Shown piece after piece: positions 49,338 to 59,677 of a stretch of DNA of 64,000 nt (its first letter is position 1; each line of letters opens with the position of its first letter). The notes below the pieces were generated by a model. The model ran no database searches, was not told the origin of the DNA, and saw only the letters and a program-made list of their open reading frames with translations. The translations under genes were made by a program, and so were the position numbers. The stretch lies in the NCBI GenBank assembly GCA_029932855.1, contig JAOZPG010000004.1, positions 49,148-113,147 of the forward strand, in the 5' to 3' direction. This stretch comes from Bacteroidales bacterium (lineage in GTDB: Bacteria > Bacteroidota > Bacteroidia > Bacteroidales > VadinHA17).

Positions 49338-49622
49338 TTACCTGAAAAAAATCAGCCAGGCTACAAGGACAAGGAATACTATTAATATTACAAGGCGAAT
49401 ATTTGATTGCCTTTCAGCCTTTCTTTGTGTTCTCCTGTACAAACCACTCATTTGCCCTTTCCTTATCCTGGGTGTATAGATATCATCATTTTCAATACCC
49501 ATTTCTTTCTCAATCTGCCTGTTTCGTTGCTCACGTTCTTCCTTCCTTTCATCGTAATACATAGGCTGATAGTTGAACTTTTTGTGCCCTCTTGTTCCAA
49601 AAAAGCTTGGTAATTGCGACAT
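49338..49622 (-). CDS. Small basic protein with C-terminal TM helix, unknown function
   Basis: A 94-aa ATG-started ORF with a charged N-region and a hydrophobic tail (IRLVILIVFLVLVAWLIFF). It lies directly upstream of mutL on the same strand. Confidence 0.5.
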   Translation of the reverse strand: MSQLPSFFGTRGHKKFNYQPMYYDERKEEREQRNRQIEKEMGIENDDIYTPRIRKGQMSGLYRRTQRKAERQSNIRLVILIVFLVLVAWLIFFR

Positions 49623-49761
49623 AACTTATTGTTTATACGACAAATTTACCTATAATTTTTCTCTATGCTGAACTATTCATAAATTTATCGTCACAGAGGA
49701 TTAAAAATTCACAGACTAAGGCATGTGTAGCATAAAAACCAGAAAATACTGCATCGTTTTA

Positions 49762-49791
49762 AAGCTGTTCTGCAGCTATATTAAGCCAGAT
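49762..49791 (-). terminator. Hairpin downstream of the K+ channel gene (weak terminator candidate)
   Basis: A perfect 9-bp stem (CAGCTATAT / ATATAGCTG) encloses a 12-nt loop, 15 nt past the stop. No clear U-tract follows. Confidence 0.3.
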
Positions 49792-49805
49792 GAATATAGC
49801 TGTTT

Positions 49806-50624
49806 TCAGTTATCCAGTTTTTCACCACAGTGTTTGCAGTATTTTGCCTCAGGGTCATGATCCTCCTTAAGGCAATTCGGACAGACTAATGCTTTTGTGG
49901 TTTTGGAGAATTTTATCTTTGTCATTTCTGCTGTAACTATTCCTGTTGGCACGGCAATGATACCATATCCCAGTATCATTACCAGGCTTGCTATGAACTG
50001 GCCCAGGTTTGTGACAGGAGCGATATCTCCATAGCCAACCGTGGTTAAGGTTACTACAGCCCAGTATATTCCTTTTGGAATGCTTGTGAAGCCATGCTCT
50101 CTCCCCTCAACAAGGTACATCAGGGTACCGATTACAATTACAATTGTAAATACTGCAAAAAGGAAAACAGAGATCTTGGTCTTACTGGCTTTCATAGCCC
50201 TTAAAAGAGTGTCGGCCTCGCTGGTGTAACGTGTAAGTTTAAAAAGCCTGAAAATACGCAGGAGGCGTATTCCCCTTATAAGCAGTAGCCCCTGTGCCCC
50301 GGCTAAGAAAATGCCTATAAAGCTTGGTAAAATTGCCAGCAGGTCGATTATACCATAAAAACTGAAAATATATTTTGAAGCTCTTTTAATCACCCATATT
50401 CGTAAAAAGTACTCGATTGTAAAGAAGAAAGTGATTACCCACTCCAGTATGTATAACTCTTCGCCAAACTGCAATTGAATACCTGTAATACTTTCCAGCA
50501 TCACAGCAGCAATGCTAATTACTATGATGATAAGCAGGAAAACATCAAAAGCTTTTCCTGAGGGAGTATCCGACTCGAAGATAATATCGTAGATTTTGTT
50601 CCTGGTCCCTGTGTTCATGAGCAT
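49806..50624 (-). CDS. Voltage-gated-type (6TM) potassium channel with C-terminal zinc ribbon
   Basis: S4 helix with Arg/Lys at every third position (RGIRLLRIFRLFKLTR). Selectivity filter TTVGYGD. C-terminal CPNC...CKHC. Confidence 0.85.
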   Translation of the reverse strand: MLMNTGTRNKIYDIIFESDTPSGKAFDVFLLIIIVISIAAVMLESITGIQLQFGEELYILEWVITFFFTIEYFLRIWVIKRASKYIFSFYGIIDLLAILPSFIGIFLAGAQGLLLIRGIRLLRIFRLFKLTRYTSEADTLLRAMKASKTKISVFLFAVFTIVIVIGTLMYLVEGREHGFTSIPKGIYWAVVTLTTVGYGDIAPVTNLGQFIASLVMILGYGIIAVPTGIVTAEMTKIKFSKTTKALVCPNCLKEDHDPEAKYCKHCGEKLDN

Positions 50625-50781
50625 AAAGGAACAAAAAAACAGAATAAGGAAAAAACAAGTTCTCCGGTTTCTGATTCAAAATGCCAGAATCTTTGTACTT
50701 TTATAGTAATACCCCCAAAGGGTATATATGAGCTTTTTCAGGAAATTGTAATAAACAGCTAATCATTTATTAAAGTTCATT

Positions 50782-52320
50782 ATGTTGGTAAAGACTTATG
50801 GCAGTGCTGTTCATGGTATAGGGGCTACCACTGTTACCGTTGAGGTTAACGTAAGCAGGGGGATTCGTTTCTATCTCGTAGGACTTCCCGATAATGCTGT
50901 GAAAGAGAGCCAGCATCGTATGGTATCTGCCTTTGTGTCCAGCGGACTTAAATGGCCGGGGAAGCAGATAGTAATAAATATGGCTCCTGCTGATATTAAG
51001 AAGGAAGGATCGGCTTATGACCTTAGCCTGGCAGTTGGTGTCCTGGCGGCAACGGGTCAGGTGAATTCTGAAAAACTTGGAGATTACCTGATAATGGGAG
51101 AGTTATCGCTTGACGGAGGGCTTCAGTCAATAAGAGGTGTTTTGCCCATTGCCTTGCAGGCGAAAAAAGAAGGCTTTAAAGGACTGATACTGCCTTCAAA
51201 GAATGCCAGGGAAGCGGCAGTGGTTAATGGGCTTAAGGTTTTTGGTGCAGACTGCCTGGCCGATGTTGCAGCTTTTCTTAACGGTGAGCCAATTCTTGAC
51301 AGGACCATGGTAGAGATGGAAGATATTTTTAAGAGCAGTGCCAATGTATATGAGCTGGACTTTGCAGATGTTAAGGGCCAGGAGAATGTGAAAAGAGCAC
51401 TTGAGATAGCTGCTGCGGGGGGACATAATGCCCTGATGATAGGGCCTCCCGGTTCGGGAAAGACCATGCTTGCCAAGCGCCTGCCTACAATAATACCACC
51501 ATTAAGACTGGAAGAGGCTCTTGAGACGACCAAGATACATTCTGTGGCAGGAAAGATGGAAATGAACAGCTCACTGATCACTAAAAGGCCTTTCAGGTCG
51601 CCACATCACACAATATCTGATGTGGCCCTTGTTGGGGGAGGCTCCTGGCCACAACCAGGAGAAATCTCACTGGCTCATAACGGGGTACTTTTCCTTGATG
51701 AGCTTCCCGAATTCAAACGTAGTGTACTGGAGGTTTTGCGGCAGCCAATAGAAGACAGGATAATAACAATCTCACGGGCCGGCTATAGTGTTGAATACCC
51801 GGCAGGATTCATGCTTATAGCGGCAATGAACCCCTGTCCCTGTGGCTATTATAATCATCCTGACAAAGAATGTGTCTGTAGTCCGGGAAGTATACAGAAA
51901 TACCTTAATAAAATATCCGGTCCCCTGCTTGACCGCATTGACCTGCATATTGAAGTAGTGCCTGTTCATTTCGATAGACTTTCAGAGACGAAAGTAGTGG
52001 AGAGCAGTGAGACAGTTAGGGCGAGGGTTATTAAAGCCAGGGATATACAGGCCAAAAGATTTAATAATATTGAATCGGTTTTTTGCAATGCCCAGATGAG
52101 CTCAAACTTGTTGAAGCAATACTGCAGCATAGACAATGCCGGAGCCCGGTTGCTCCGGACAGCCATGGATAAGCTTGGCCTTTCGGCACGGGCATACGAT
52201 AGAATACTAAAGGTGTCGAGAACCATAGCCGATATTGAGGGCAGCAAAAGTATTGAAAGTAATCACCTGGCCGAAGCCATACAATATCGCAGCCTCGACA
52301 GGGAAGGCTGGGGAGGTTAA
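50782..52320 (+). CDS. comM: YifB/ComM-family Mg-chelatase-like AAA+ ATPase
   Basis: Lon-like N-domain, Walker [18 protein letters not shown], and the zinc-motif-like PCPCGY....C.C. Length is 512 aa. Confidence 0.9.
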   Translation: MLVKTYGSAVHGIGATTVTVEVNVSRGIRFYLVGLPDNAVKESQHRMVSAFVSSGLKWPGKQIVINMAPADIKKEGSAYDLSLAVGVLAATGQVNSEKLGDYLIMGELSLDGGLQSIRGVLPIALQAKKEGFKGLILPSKNAREAAVVNGLKVFGADCLADVAAFLNGEPILDRTMVEMEDIFKSSANVYELDFADVKGQENVKRALEIAAAGGHNALMIGPPGSGKTMLAKRLPTIIPPLRLEEALETTKIHSVAGKMEMNSSLITKRPFRSPHHTISDVALVGGGSWPQPGEISLAHNGVLFLDELPEFKRSVLEVLRQPIEDRIITISRAGYSVEYPAGFMLIAAMNPCPCGYYNHPDKECVCSPGSIQKYLNKISGPLLDRIDLHIEVVPVHFDRLSETKVVESSETVRARVIKARDIQAKRFNNIESVFCNAQMSSNLLKQYCSIDNAGARLLRTAMDKLGLSARAYDRILKVSRTIADIEGSKSIESNHLAEAIQYRSLDREGWGG

Positions 52321-52446
52321 CACAGTTTATCTCGTATAAGTCGGGGTTACACAGCTTGCTGCTGACAACATTTATATACCTAAGAATTATGTAGGTTTAT
52401 TTTATTGAGCCTGATTTTTTCTTATGGTAAATAAAAATAAAAAAAT

Positions 52447-52454
52447 TAGATTTG
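52447..52454 (+). promoter_or_regulatory. Candidate -7 promoter box (TAnnTTTG)
   Basis: TAGATTTG lies 32 bp upstream of the ATG at 52486. Confidence 0.3.
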
Positions 52455-52485
52455 TATTGTATAGGTATATAAAGTTTTGGTAAGG

Positions 52486-53601
52486 ATGAATACCATAGAT
52501 CATCGTTTTATTTACGGACTGTTCCAGGATATGATCAAATATAAGATCAATTATGGATACAGGGGAGAATTTACACGGAGCGTATCGGATGGCCTCATTG
52601 CTTTTGCTCAAAGCATTTTTAATATTTCAGGAGTAAGCAGAAGAACAAAAAAGCGTGCTTTCTACATATTGGTTGAATGTGTTCAGAATATAACGCGTCA
52701 CCAGGAACTGCCTGATGAATCACTATCTGCCGGAGACGGGATATTCCTGATCCAGAGTGCAGGGGAGAAGTTTAATATATCACAGGGTAATATGATATTG
52801 AATGAACAGGTTTCCTCTCTTGGTCAAAAGCTTGACAAAGTAAATCAACTGGAAACTTCTGAGCTGAAGAATTATTATCAGAAAGTATTAATAGACCAGG
52901 AGATATCCAGCAAGGGTGGTGCCGGATTGGGACTTATAGAGATAGCAAGAAAATCGGGTAATAAGATAGCCTACAAGTTTAAGGAGATAGATGATAAGTT
53001 CTCATTTTTTTTCATGGATACACTTATCAGTGATCCTGCATTAACAAGTGCAGGCGGGAAGGAGTCTTTTTATGGAATTGATATTACGGAGAGGTTAATG
53101 TCAAAACTTGGTGAGAGCAGTATTAACCTGGTTTATTGCAGCCAGTTCTCAGACCAGGGCGCTTTCGACATGATAGACATAATAGAAAACCTGAAGCTTA
53201 ATAAGGACCAGTCATCTCTTGTAAAAAAGCGAACCTATTCCATACTGGTAGAGATACTGCAGAATATTTCACAGCATGGAACTGAGATGGATGGGAAAAC
53301 AGGTATCTTAATGATGGGTTCGGATGGAAAAGTTACAAAGATCATAACCGGGAATATGATAAAGAATGAGGAGGGCGAATTGTTGTCACAGCAGATAGAT
53401 TATATTAACTCTCTTGACAAGAAGGGTCTGGAGAAGCTTTTTATTGAAAAGTTGACGAATGAAGATTTTAGTAATCCTTTAAAAAATGGTATGGGACTGA
53501 TAGATATGAGGAATAAGAGTTCAAATCCTCTTATTTATAATATTGATGCCCTGGATAAAAATTATAGTTTTTTCTCTTTACAGGTAAGTATCAGGGAATA
53601 A
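52486..53601 (+). CDS. Tandem duplication of an RsbW/SpoIIAB/SiaB-like GHKL kinase-fold domain
   Basis: Two ~185-aa halves each carry an N-box-like motif (LVECVQNITRH / LVEILQNISQH) and a G-box-like motif (GGAGLGLIEIARKSGN / KNGMGLIDMRNKSSN). Each half ends ..FSFFF/..YSFFSL. Confidence 0.55.
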   Translation: MNTIDHRFIYGLFQDMIKYKINYGYRGEFTRSVSDGLIAFAQSIFNISGVSRRTKKRAFYILVECVQNITRHQELPDESLSAGDGIFLIQSAGEKFNISQGNMILNEQVSSLGQKLDKVNQLETSELKNYYQKVLIDQEISSKGGAGLGLIEIARKSGNKIAYKFKEIDDKFSFFFMDTLISDPALTSAGGKESFYGIDITERLMSKLGESSINLVYCSQFSDQGAFDMIDIIENLKLNKDQSSLVKKRTYSILVEILQNISQHGTEMDGKTGILMMGSDGKVTKIITGNMIKNEEGELLSQQIDYINSLDKKGLEKLFIEKLTNEDFSNPLKNGMGLIDMRNKSSNPLIYNIDALDKNYSFFSLQVSIRE

Positions 53602-53790
53602 TTCCTAAAGGGTTTTGTAATTGTGATGTCGGGGATCTTTTGTCTTTATGTTTTTAGTTTTCATTATTTTTTCTTTTCTTGACATGCATTATGCTAAGAA
53701 TAAAAACGGGTATACTTATCATAATCTCCTTCTGTTTATTTGCAAATAAGCTGATTAAACTATCGGCCTGTTCCATTAAAAAATAATATT

Positions 53791-55104
53791 ATGTTTACAC
53801 GTGAAATCATTATTTCTATTGTATTGTTTGTATCTTTTGTGGTAACAGCCGCAATAGTAGTTTTGCTGGAGGATAAGTATAAACTTATTAAGAAGATAGG
53901 CGCTGTCCTGTCCTGTTATGTTATAGGAGTGATACTTGGAAACTTCGGGATATTTCCGGATACAACAGCTGCTTATGATGCCTTTCTTCATGATTTGGGC
54001 ACGGCTTCTATCCCCTTCGACAGGATAAAGGAACTTTTTGCTGCAGGAGAAGTTACACGCAGTGATGTTACACGTAATGCCATTTCTTTTATGCAGGACC
54101 AGATGGCAACTATATCTGTGCTTATTGCTCTTCCTCTCATATTATTTTCTATGGATATAAGGAAATGGTTTAGCCAGGCAAAACATGCAATGACATCATT
54201 ACTGATAGGTCTTTTTACAGTATTGCTAATGATTTTTATCGGTTATTTCCTGTTCAGGGGCGGACTTGACAGAGCAGGAGATATCGGGGGACTGCTGGTT
54301 GGGGTTTATACCGGGGGGACACCTAATATGGCTGCCATTAAAACTGCACTGGAAATACCTAATGAGATATATATTATGACCCATACATACGAGATGTTCC
54401 TCGGGGCTATTTATCTTATATTCATATTTTCCATTGGACAAAGAACTTTTGAATTATTCCTTCCAAAATATAAAGCTCCCAAGAAAGATAGCACAATTGA
54501 TGTTAAAGAAATGGAACTTGAGAAGAATTTGCAGGAAGATTATGAGTCTTACGAGGGATTTTTCAGGAAAAGTAACATCTTACCATTACTGGCTGCACTT
54601 GGTTTATCAATACTGATACTGGGAGTGAGTTTTGGCCTGGGGCAACTGTTCCCGAATAGCTATATGAATACGGTTGTTGTTCTTTCACTTACCGCGCTGG
54701 CAATTGGGGCATCCTTTATTCCAAAGGTAAAGCAGATCAGAAAAACTTTCCAGCTGGGCATGTTCATCATACTTATTTTCTGTATTTCGGTAGCATCTAT
54801 GGCCGATGTAAGAAAACTGGCAGACATTTCATTAAACCTGTTTTACTTTGTGGGTGTAGCCATGTTCGGATCACATTTACTTCATGCCTTTATTGCAAGG
54901 TTCTTTAAGATAGATGCTGACACTGTAATTATTTCAGGTAGCGCTCTTATCTGTTCTCCTCCATTTGTTCCTGTGGTAGCTGCCTCGCTTAAAAACAGGG
55001 ATGTAATAATGACAGGACTGGCAGTTGGTATTGCAGGTTATGCTGTTGGGAACTTCCTGGGTGTGTTTGTTGCTGAAATTCTTAATAGCGGCATATTAGG
55101 ATAG
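53791..55104 (+). CDS. Polytopic membrane protein (possibly DUF819/YjcL-like), unknown function
   Basis: About 11-12 TM helices and a YTGGTPNMAA motif. The family call is tentative. Confidence 0.45.
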   Translation: MFTREIIISIVLFVSFVVTAAIVVLLEDKYKLIKKIGAVLSCYVIGVILGNFGIFPDTTAAYDAFLHDLGTASIPFDRIKELFAAGEVTRSDVTRNAISFMQDQMATISVLIALPLILFSMDIRKWFSQAKHAMTSLLIGLFTVLLMIFIGYFLFRGGLDRAGDIGGLLVGVYTGGTPNMAAIKTALEIPNEIYIMTHTYEMFLGAIYLIFIFSIGQRTFELFLPKYKAPKKDSTIDVKEMELEKNLQEDYESYEGFFRKSNILPLLAALGLSILILGVSFGLGQLFPNSYMNTVVVLSLTALAIGASFIPKVKQIRKTFQLGMFIILIFCISVASMADVRKLADISLNLFYFVGVAMFGSHLLHAFIARFFKIDADTVIISGSALICSPPFVPVVAASLKNRDVIMTGLAVGIAGYAVGNFLGVFVAEILNSGILG

Positions 55105-55198
55105 ATGTTTTCTCATAAAAAAGACTTCATCTAAGATATCATTTAATAATTTGCTCAAAAGAATGAATAAGAGCTATTCTCCCAAGGGAAATATATTT

Positions 55199-55206
55199 TA
55201 TATTTG
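55199..55206 (+). promoter_or_regulatory. Candidate -7 promoter box (TAnnTTTG) for hppA
   Basis: TATATTTG lies 46 bp upstream of the ATG at 55252. Confidence 0.3.
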
Positions 55207-55251
55207 CCTTCTGAAACGTAATTGAATAAATTATTTAAAACTCAAATTAAA

Positions 55252-57642
55252 ATGAACAAACTAAAAGCTCTGTTTGTATCTCTGTTTATGATAGCTCCTG
55301 CAGTCAGTTTTGCAGGTGAAGCCAACCTGGTTGTGCCGGATGCTATTAAAGATCAGAATATTTTGTATTGGGGTTTCTTAATTACTTTTGCAGGTTTTCT
55401 TTTCGGCCTTTACCAGTTCCTGAGGGTTAGAAAGATCAAGGCTCACAAGTCTATGCTTGATGTTGCAAATGTGATATTTGAAACTGCAAAGACCTATCTC
55501 ATTCAACAAGGGAAGTTCCTTGCTATACTTTTTCTTTTCATCGGATCGGCAGTAGCCTTTTATTTTGGTTTCCTTTCTGAAGCAGATTTCGGAGCAGGAG
55601 GTGTCTTAATGATACTGGGCTGGACAATTATTGGTATTCTGGGATCGTATTCTGTTGCCTGGTTTGGTATAAGGATGAATACCCTGGCCAACTCAAGAAT
55701 GGCCTTTGCCTCACTTGAGAGAAAGCCGATAAAGCTGTTAACCATTCCCCTTAATGCGGGTATGAGCATAGGAGTGGTTCTTATTTCGCTTGAGTTGATA
55801 ATGATGCTTATTATCCTGGTGTTTGTCCCCGGTAAATATGCAGGAGCCAGTTTTATTGGTTTTGCTATTGGAGAATCGTTGGGAGCTTCTGTACTTAGGA
55901 TTGCTGGCGGTATCTTTACAAAGATCGCAGATATAGGTTCAGACCTTATGAAAGTGATCTTTAAGATAGGTGAGGATGATCCCAGGAATCCCGGTACAAT
56001 AGCCGATTGTGTTGGAGATAACGCAGGCGATAGTGTTGGTCCCACAGCAGATGGGTTTGAGACCTACGGAGTAACCGGGGTTGCCCTTATTTCATTTATC
56101 CTTCTTGCAGTAACAAGTGTCGATTATCAGGTGCAATTGCTAACATGGATCTTTATTATGAGGATACTTATGATAATCACTTCAATAGTATCATTCTGGA
56201 TAAATGATGCAATTTCAAAGGCCAGATACAACAATGTTGATGATCTTGATTTTGAAAAACCATTAACCAGCCTGGTATGGATCACTTCTATCCTGTCAAT
56301 TATTGTAACTTTTGTGGCAAGCTATTTTGCTATTGGGGATTTGCCGAATAATTTATGGATCACCTTATCCGTAATAATAAGTGCCGGTACTCTTGGTGCT
56401 GCATTGATACCTGAGTTTACAAAGATATTTACCAGTCCGAAATCGGAACATGTAAAGGAAGTGGTTGAAGCATCCAAGAAAGGTGGAGCTTCACTTAATA
56501 TACTTTCCGGACTTGTTGCAGGTAATTTCAGTGCTTTTTGGCAGGGTATGGTTTTCTTACTGCTTATGTTCATAGCTTATTATACTAGTACATACGGACT
56601 TGATAGTTTAATGATATATCCTTCAATTTTTGCATTTGGACTTGTTGCTTTTGGTATGTTGGGCATGGGACCTGTTACCATTGCGGTTGACAGTTATGGC
56701 CCTGTAACCGATAATGCCCAATCAATATACGAACTTTCATTAATTGAAGAGAATAAGGATATCCTGACTCCTGAGATTGAGAGGGATTTTGGTTTTACAC
56801 CTGACTTTGAAAAATCGAAATACTACCTTGAAGCTAATGACGGGGCCGGTAATACTTTTAAGGCAACTGCCAAGCCCGTGCTTATTGGTACTGCAGTTGT
56901 AGGTGCAACCACAATGATTTTTTCCCTCATACTTGTAATTCAGCATACACTGGAAGTAGAGCCTTCCACTTTACTAAGTTTGCTTAATCCATATACTATC
57001 CTGGGCTTCCTTGCAGGAGGTTCTGTTGTGTATTGGTTTACAGGGGCTTCCATACAGGCTGTTACTACAGGCGCTGGCAGGGCGGTAGAGTTTATTAAGG
57101 AAAATATAAACCTTGATCCAGATGCTCCCAAAAAAGCTGATGTTGAAAAATCCAGGGCGGTTGTAAAAATATGTACAGTATATGCCCAGAAAGGTATGTG
57201 GAATATTTTTATTGCTATCTTTTCTTTTGCGCTGGCTTTTGCTTTTCTGTCTGCTCCTGCCAATTCCAATCTTCCGGTTGCCTTATTTATAAGTTACCTC
57301 TTATCAATTGCATTCTTTGGATTGTTTCAGGCAATATTTATGGCAAATGCCGGTGGATCGTGGGATAATGCGAAGAAGGTTATTGAGGTAGATATGCAGG
57401 AAAAAGGAACCAAACTGCATGAAGCAGCGGTTGTAGGAGATACGGTTGGTGATCCTTACAAGGATACTTCATCTGTAGCTTTAAACCCGATCATTAAGTT
57501 CTCTACACTCTTTGGATTGCTTGCAATGGAGATATCCCTTAATGAACAATTCAGACATGTTGCTCCTTATTTTGGACTTGCATTCCTGGCTGTTGCCTTG
57601 TATTTTGTATATCGTTCATTCTATAAGATGAGAATCAGTTAG
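55252..57642 (+). CDS. hppA: Membrane-bound ion-translocating pyrophosphatase
   Basis: Motifs DCVGDNAGDSVGPTADGFETY and GDTVGDPYKDTSSVALNPIIKF, with about 16 TM helices. The ATG at 55252 is preferred over the TTG at 55222. Confidence 0.95.
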   Translation: MNKLKALFVSLFMIAPAVSFAGEANLVVPDAIKDQNILYWGFLITFAGFLFGLYQFLRVRKIKAHKSMLDVANVIFETAKTYLIQQGKFLAILFLFIGSAVAFYFGFLSEADFGAGGVLMILGWTIIGILGSYSVAWFGIRMNTLANSRMAFASLERKPIKLLTIPLNAGMSIGVVLISLELIMMLIILVFVPGKYAGASFIGFAIGESLGASVLRIAGGIFTKIADIGSDLMKVIFKIGEDDPRNPGTIADCVGDNAGDSVGPTADGFETYGVTGVALISFILLAVTSVDYQVQLLTWIFIMRILMIITSIVSFWINDAISKARYNNVDDLDFEKPLTSLVWITSILSIIVTFVASYFAIGDLPNNLWITLSVIISAGTLGAALIPEFTKIFTSPKSEHVKEVVEASKKGGASLNILSGLVAGNFSAFWQGMVFLLLMFIAYYTSTYGLDSLMIYPSIFAFGLVAFGMLGMGPVTIAVDSYGPVTDNAQSIYELSLIEENKDILTPEIERDFGFTPDFEKSKYYLEANDGAGNTFKATAKPVLIGTAVVGATTMIFSLILVIQHTLEVEPSTLLSLLNPYTILGFLAGGSVVYWFTGASIQAVTTGAGRAVEFIKENINLDPDAPKKADVEKSRAVVKICTVYAQKGMWNIFIAIFSFALAFAFLSAPANSNLPVALFISYLLSIAFFGLFQAIFMANAGGSWDNAKKVIEVDMQEKGTKLHEAAVVGDTVGDPYKDTSSVALNPIIKFSTLFGLLAMEISLNEQFRHVAPYFGLAFLAVALYFVYRSFYKMRIS

Positions 57643-57680
57643 ACAGGCTTGTGAAAACAGGAGAGATATAATTTATATAA

Positions 57681-57720
57681 AAGAAAGTTGTGGCTGATAA
57701 GCTGCAACTTTCTTCTTTTC
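57681..57720. terminator. Bidirectional terminator hairpin between convergent hppA and lpxH
   Basis: A perfect 10-bp stem joins AAGAAAGTTG (57681-57690) to CAACTTTCTT (57705-57714). A CTTTTCTT tract follows, and an A-rich tract precedes the stem. Confidence 0.6.
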
Positions 57721-57744
57721 TTGTCAGGCTACGGATAATGAGCT

Positions 57745-58488
57745 TTATTTAAAACTTTTTAGTTGAAAGCTTTCACCATTAAAAACACCATAGGTGAAAT
57801 TATTTATCCAGTCACCCAGGTAAATAAGTCGGGCTTTGTTTTTCAATTCAATATTAATGGGAAGATGGCGATGTCCAAAGATAAAGAAATCAAATGCTTC
57901 TTTTTCCCATAGCCTGTAGGCATAACGGACAAGCAATTCTTTTTCTTCCCCGAGAAATTCAGCAAGATTCCCGGCCATGCGGCTTCTGGCAGACATTTTA
58001 CTGGCAAGCCAGATAGCAAAGTTAGGATGAAGCCTTGCATACATCCATTGTAAAAACCTGCTTGTAAAGATACGTTTCAGGAATTTATAGCCCTTATCCC
58101 CCGGACCTAGTCCGTCGCCATGAGCCAAAAAGAACTTTTTCCCATTTAGCTTTTTACTTATGGGTGACCTGTGAAGGATTACTCCGGTTTCTTCAGGAAG
58201 ATAATCGAAGACCCATATATCGTGATTGCCGGTGAAGAAGTGAACAGGGATACCTGAATCGGTGATCTCTGATATTTTACCCAGCAGGCGGGTGAATCCC
58301 CTTGGGACAACCCTTTTATATTCGAACCAGAAATCAAAAATGTCTCCCAGCAGATATATCTCGGTAGCATCTTTTCTTACCTGTTCCAGCCAGCTGACAA
58401 AGAGTTTTTCCCTTTTAAGACTTTCTGCATGACTGGGTACACCAAGATGAAGATCTGAGGCAAAATATATGTTTGTTCCCTTTTTCAA
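57745..58488 (-). CDS. lpxH: UDP-2,3-diacylglucosamine diphosphatase
   Basis: Calcineurin-like motifs YFASDLHLG, LGDIFDFW, GNHD and GHRH in a 247-aa protein. The start codon is TTG. Confidence 0.85.
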   Translation of the reverse strand: MKKGTNIYFASDLHLGVPSHAESLKREKLFVSWLEQVRKDATEIYLLGDIFDFWFEYKRVVPRGFTRLLGKISEITDSGIPVHFFTGNHDIWVFDYLPEETGVILHRSPISKKLNGKKFFLAHGDGLGPGDKGYKFLKRIFTSRFLQWMYARLHPNFAIWLASKMSARSRMAGNLAEFLGEEKELLVRYAYRLWEKEAFDFFIFGHRHLPINIELKNKARLIYLGDWINNFTYGVFNGESFQLKSFK

Positions 58489-58500
58489 AATCAGTTAAGA

Positions 58501-59658
58501 TCAGAAACCAAATACCTGTTCCAATTTTATTAAAAGTGCTTTGCCGTGAAGATCAGCGGCAACAATTGAGCCTTCCCTGTCAATGAAATAGTTTGATGGG
58601 ATAGTCTTAACATTAAACAAAGATATGATATTTGAATTGGGATACGACAGGTCACTGACATTTATCCATGGCAGTTCATCAAAATTTATAGCTCTTTCCC
58701 ATGCTTCTTTATTGCTATCCAATGACACCTGGTATATTTCAAATCCTTTTTGATTATATTTATTATACAAGGATTTAAGGACCAGGTTCTCGCTTATGCT
58801 TTGTTTGTTCCAGGAGGCCCAGAACGAAAGAAGCACATATTTCCCTTTTAAAGAGGATAAGGAAATAGTATCACCTGATGGAGATGGTAAAGATATGTCA
58901 AGATTTGTTTGCTCAGCCGAGTTAAACAGAATATCTAATTTCCTCTTATTAAGCCTGGCCATTTCATTGTTGAGATTGGCTTTAAGTGCCCTTGTATGTT
59001 TTGACCCGGGATAATACAGGCTTAAACTGTCTGCTACTATTTTAATAAACTGAATGTCTTTAATATCATTCAAAACATATGTATTGTCATCGTATTGCTG
59101 GTAAAGGGCCTTTACCGAAGCAAGCGACCCGGTGTTTTTTAGAATAAAACCAATAGAGTAGCGGTGCTGCTGCCTCATCACATCATCATAGAGCATATTC
59201 AAAACCCGGCTTAGTGTATCAAAGCCTTCATTGTCAATATTTTTATTGTAAACATTGTTGATAGAATCAAGCCTGCTGATAGTGTGTCTCAGATGATCAT
59301 CAATCAGGAAAAGCAATTCTGTCCCCGGAGATCCGGAAACAGAAACATTCCCTGGCAGTATTTTTTCCATGGAATATAATTTCAGCTTTTCTCCGGGTTC
59401 TGCAAGAAGAGTAATAAAATTATTGTCTGAAAATCCTATATTAAAAAAGTCAGCCTCCCCGGCATCAATACTTATCTTAAATCTCCCCGATTTGCTTAAT
59501 AAAACACTATCTATTAGTTTGACAGAATTGATATCCATCCTTTCAACTGTAATGCTTTGATTTGCAGCTGCAGGGAAATGTCCGGATATTGAAATGCTTT
59601 TATTATTATTACATCCAAGGAGTATTGCCGGTAAAAGGAATATTAGCAGTTTCTTCAT
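58501..59658 (-). CDS. TlpA/AhpC-like thioredoxin-fold lipoprotein lacking the CXXC motif
   Basis: Lipobox LPAILLGCNN. An N-terminal DUF4369-like domain is present. The thioredoxin-fold region FWASWNKQSISE aligns with FWAAWCSPCRRE in the neighbouring paralog. Confidence 0.75.
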   Translation of the reverse strand: MKKLLIFLLPAILLGCNNNKSISISGHFPAAANQSITVERMDINSVKLIDSVLLSKSGRFKISIDAGEADFFNIGFSDNNFITLLAEPGEKLKLYSMEKILPGNVSVSGSPGTELLFLIDDHLRHTISRLDSINNVYNKNIDNEGFDTLSRVLNMLYDDVMRQQHRYSIGFILKNTGSLASVKALYQQYDDNTYVLNDIKDIQFIKIVADSLSLYYPGSKHTRALKANLNNEMARLNKRKLDILFNSAEQTNLDISLPSPSGDTISLSSLKGKYVLLSFWASWNKQSISENLVLKSLYNKYNQKGFEIYQVSLDSNKEAWERAINFDELPWINVSDLSYPNSNIISLFNVKTIPSNYFIDREGSIVAADLHGKALLIKLEQVFGF

Positions 59659-59677
59659 TACCACTTCTTTTTCCTTA

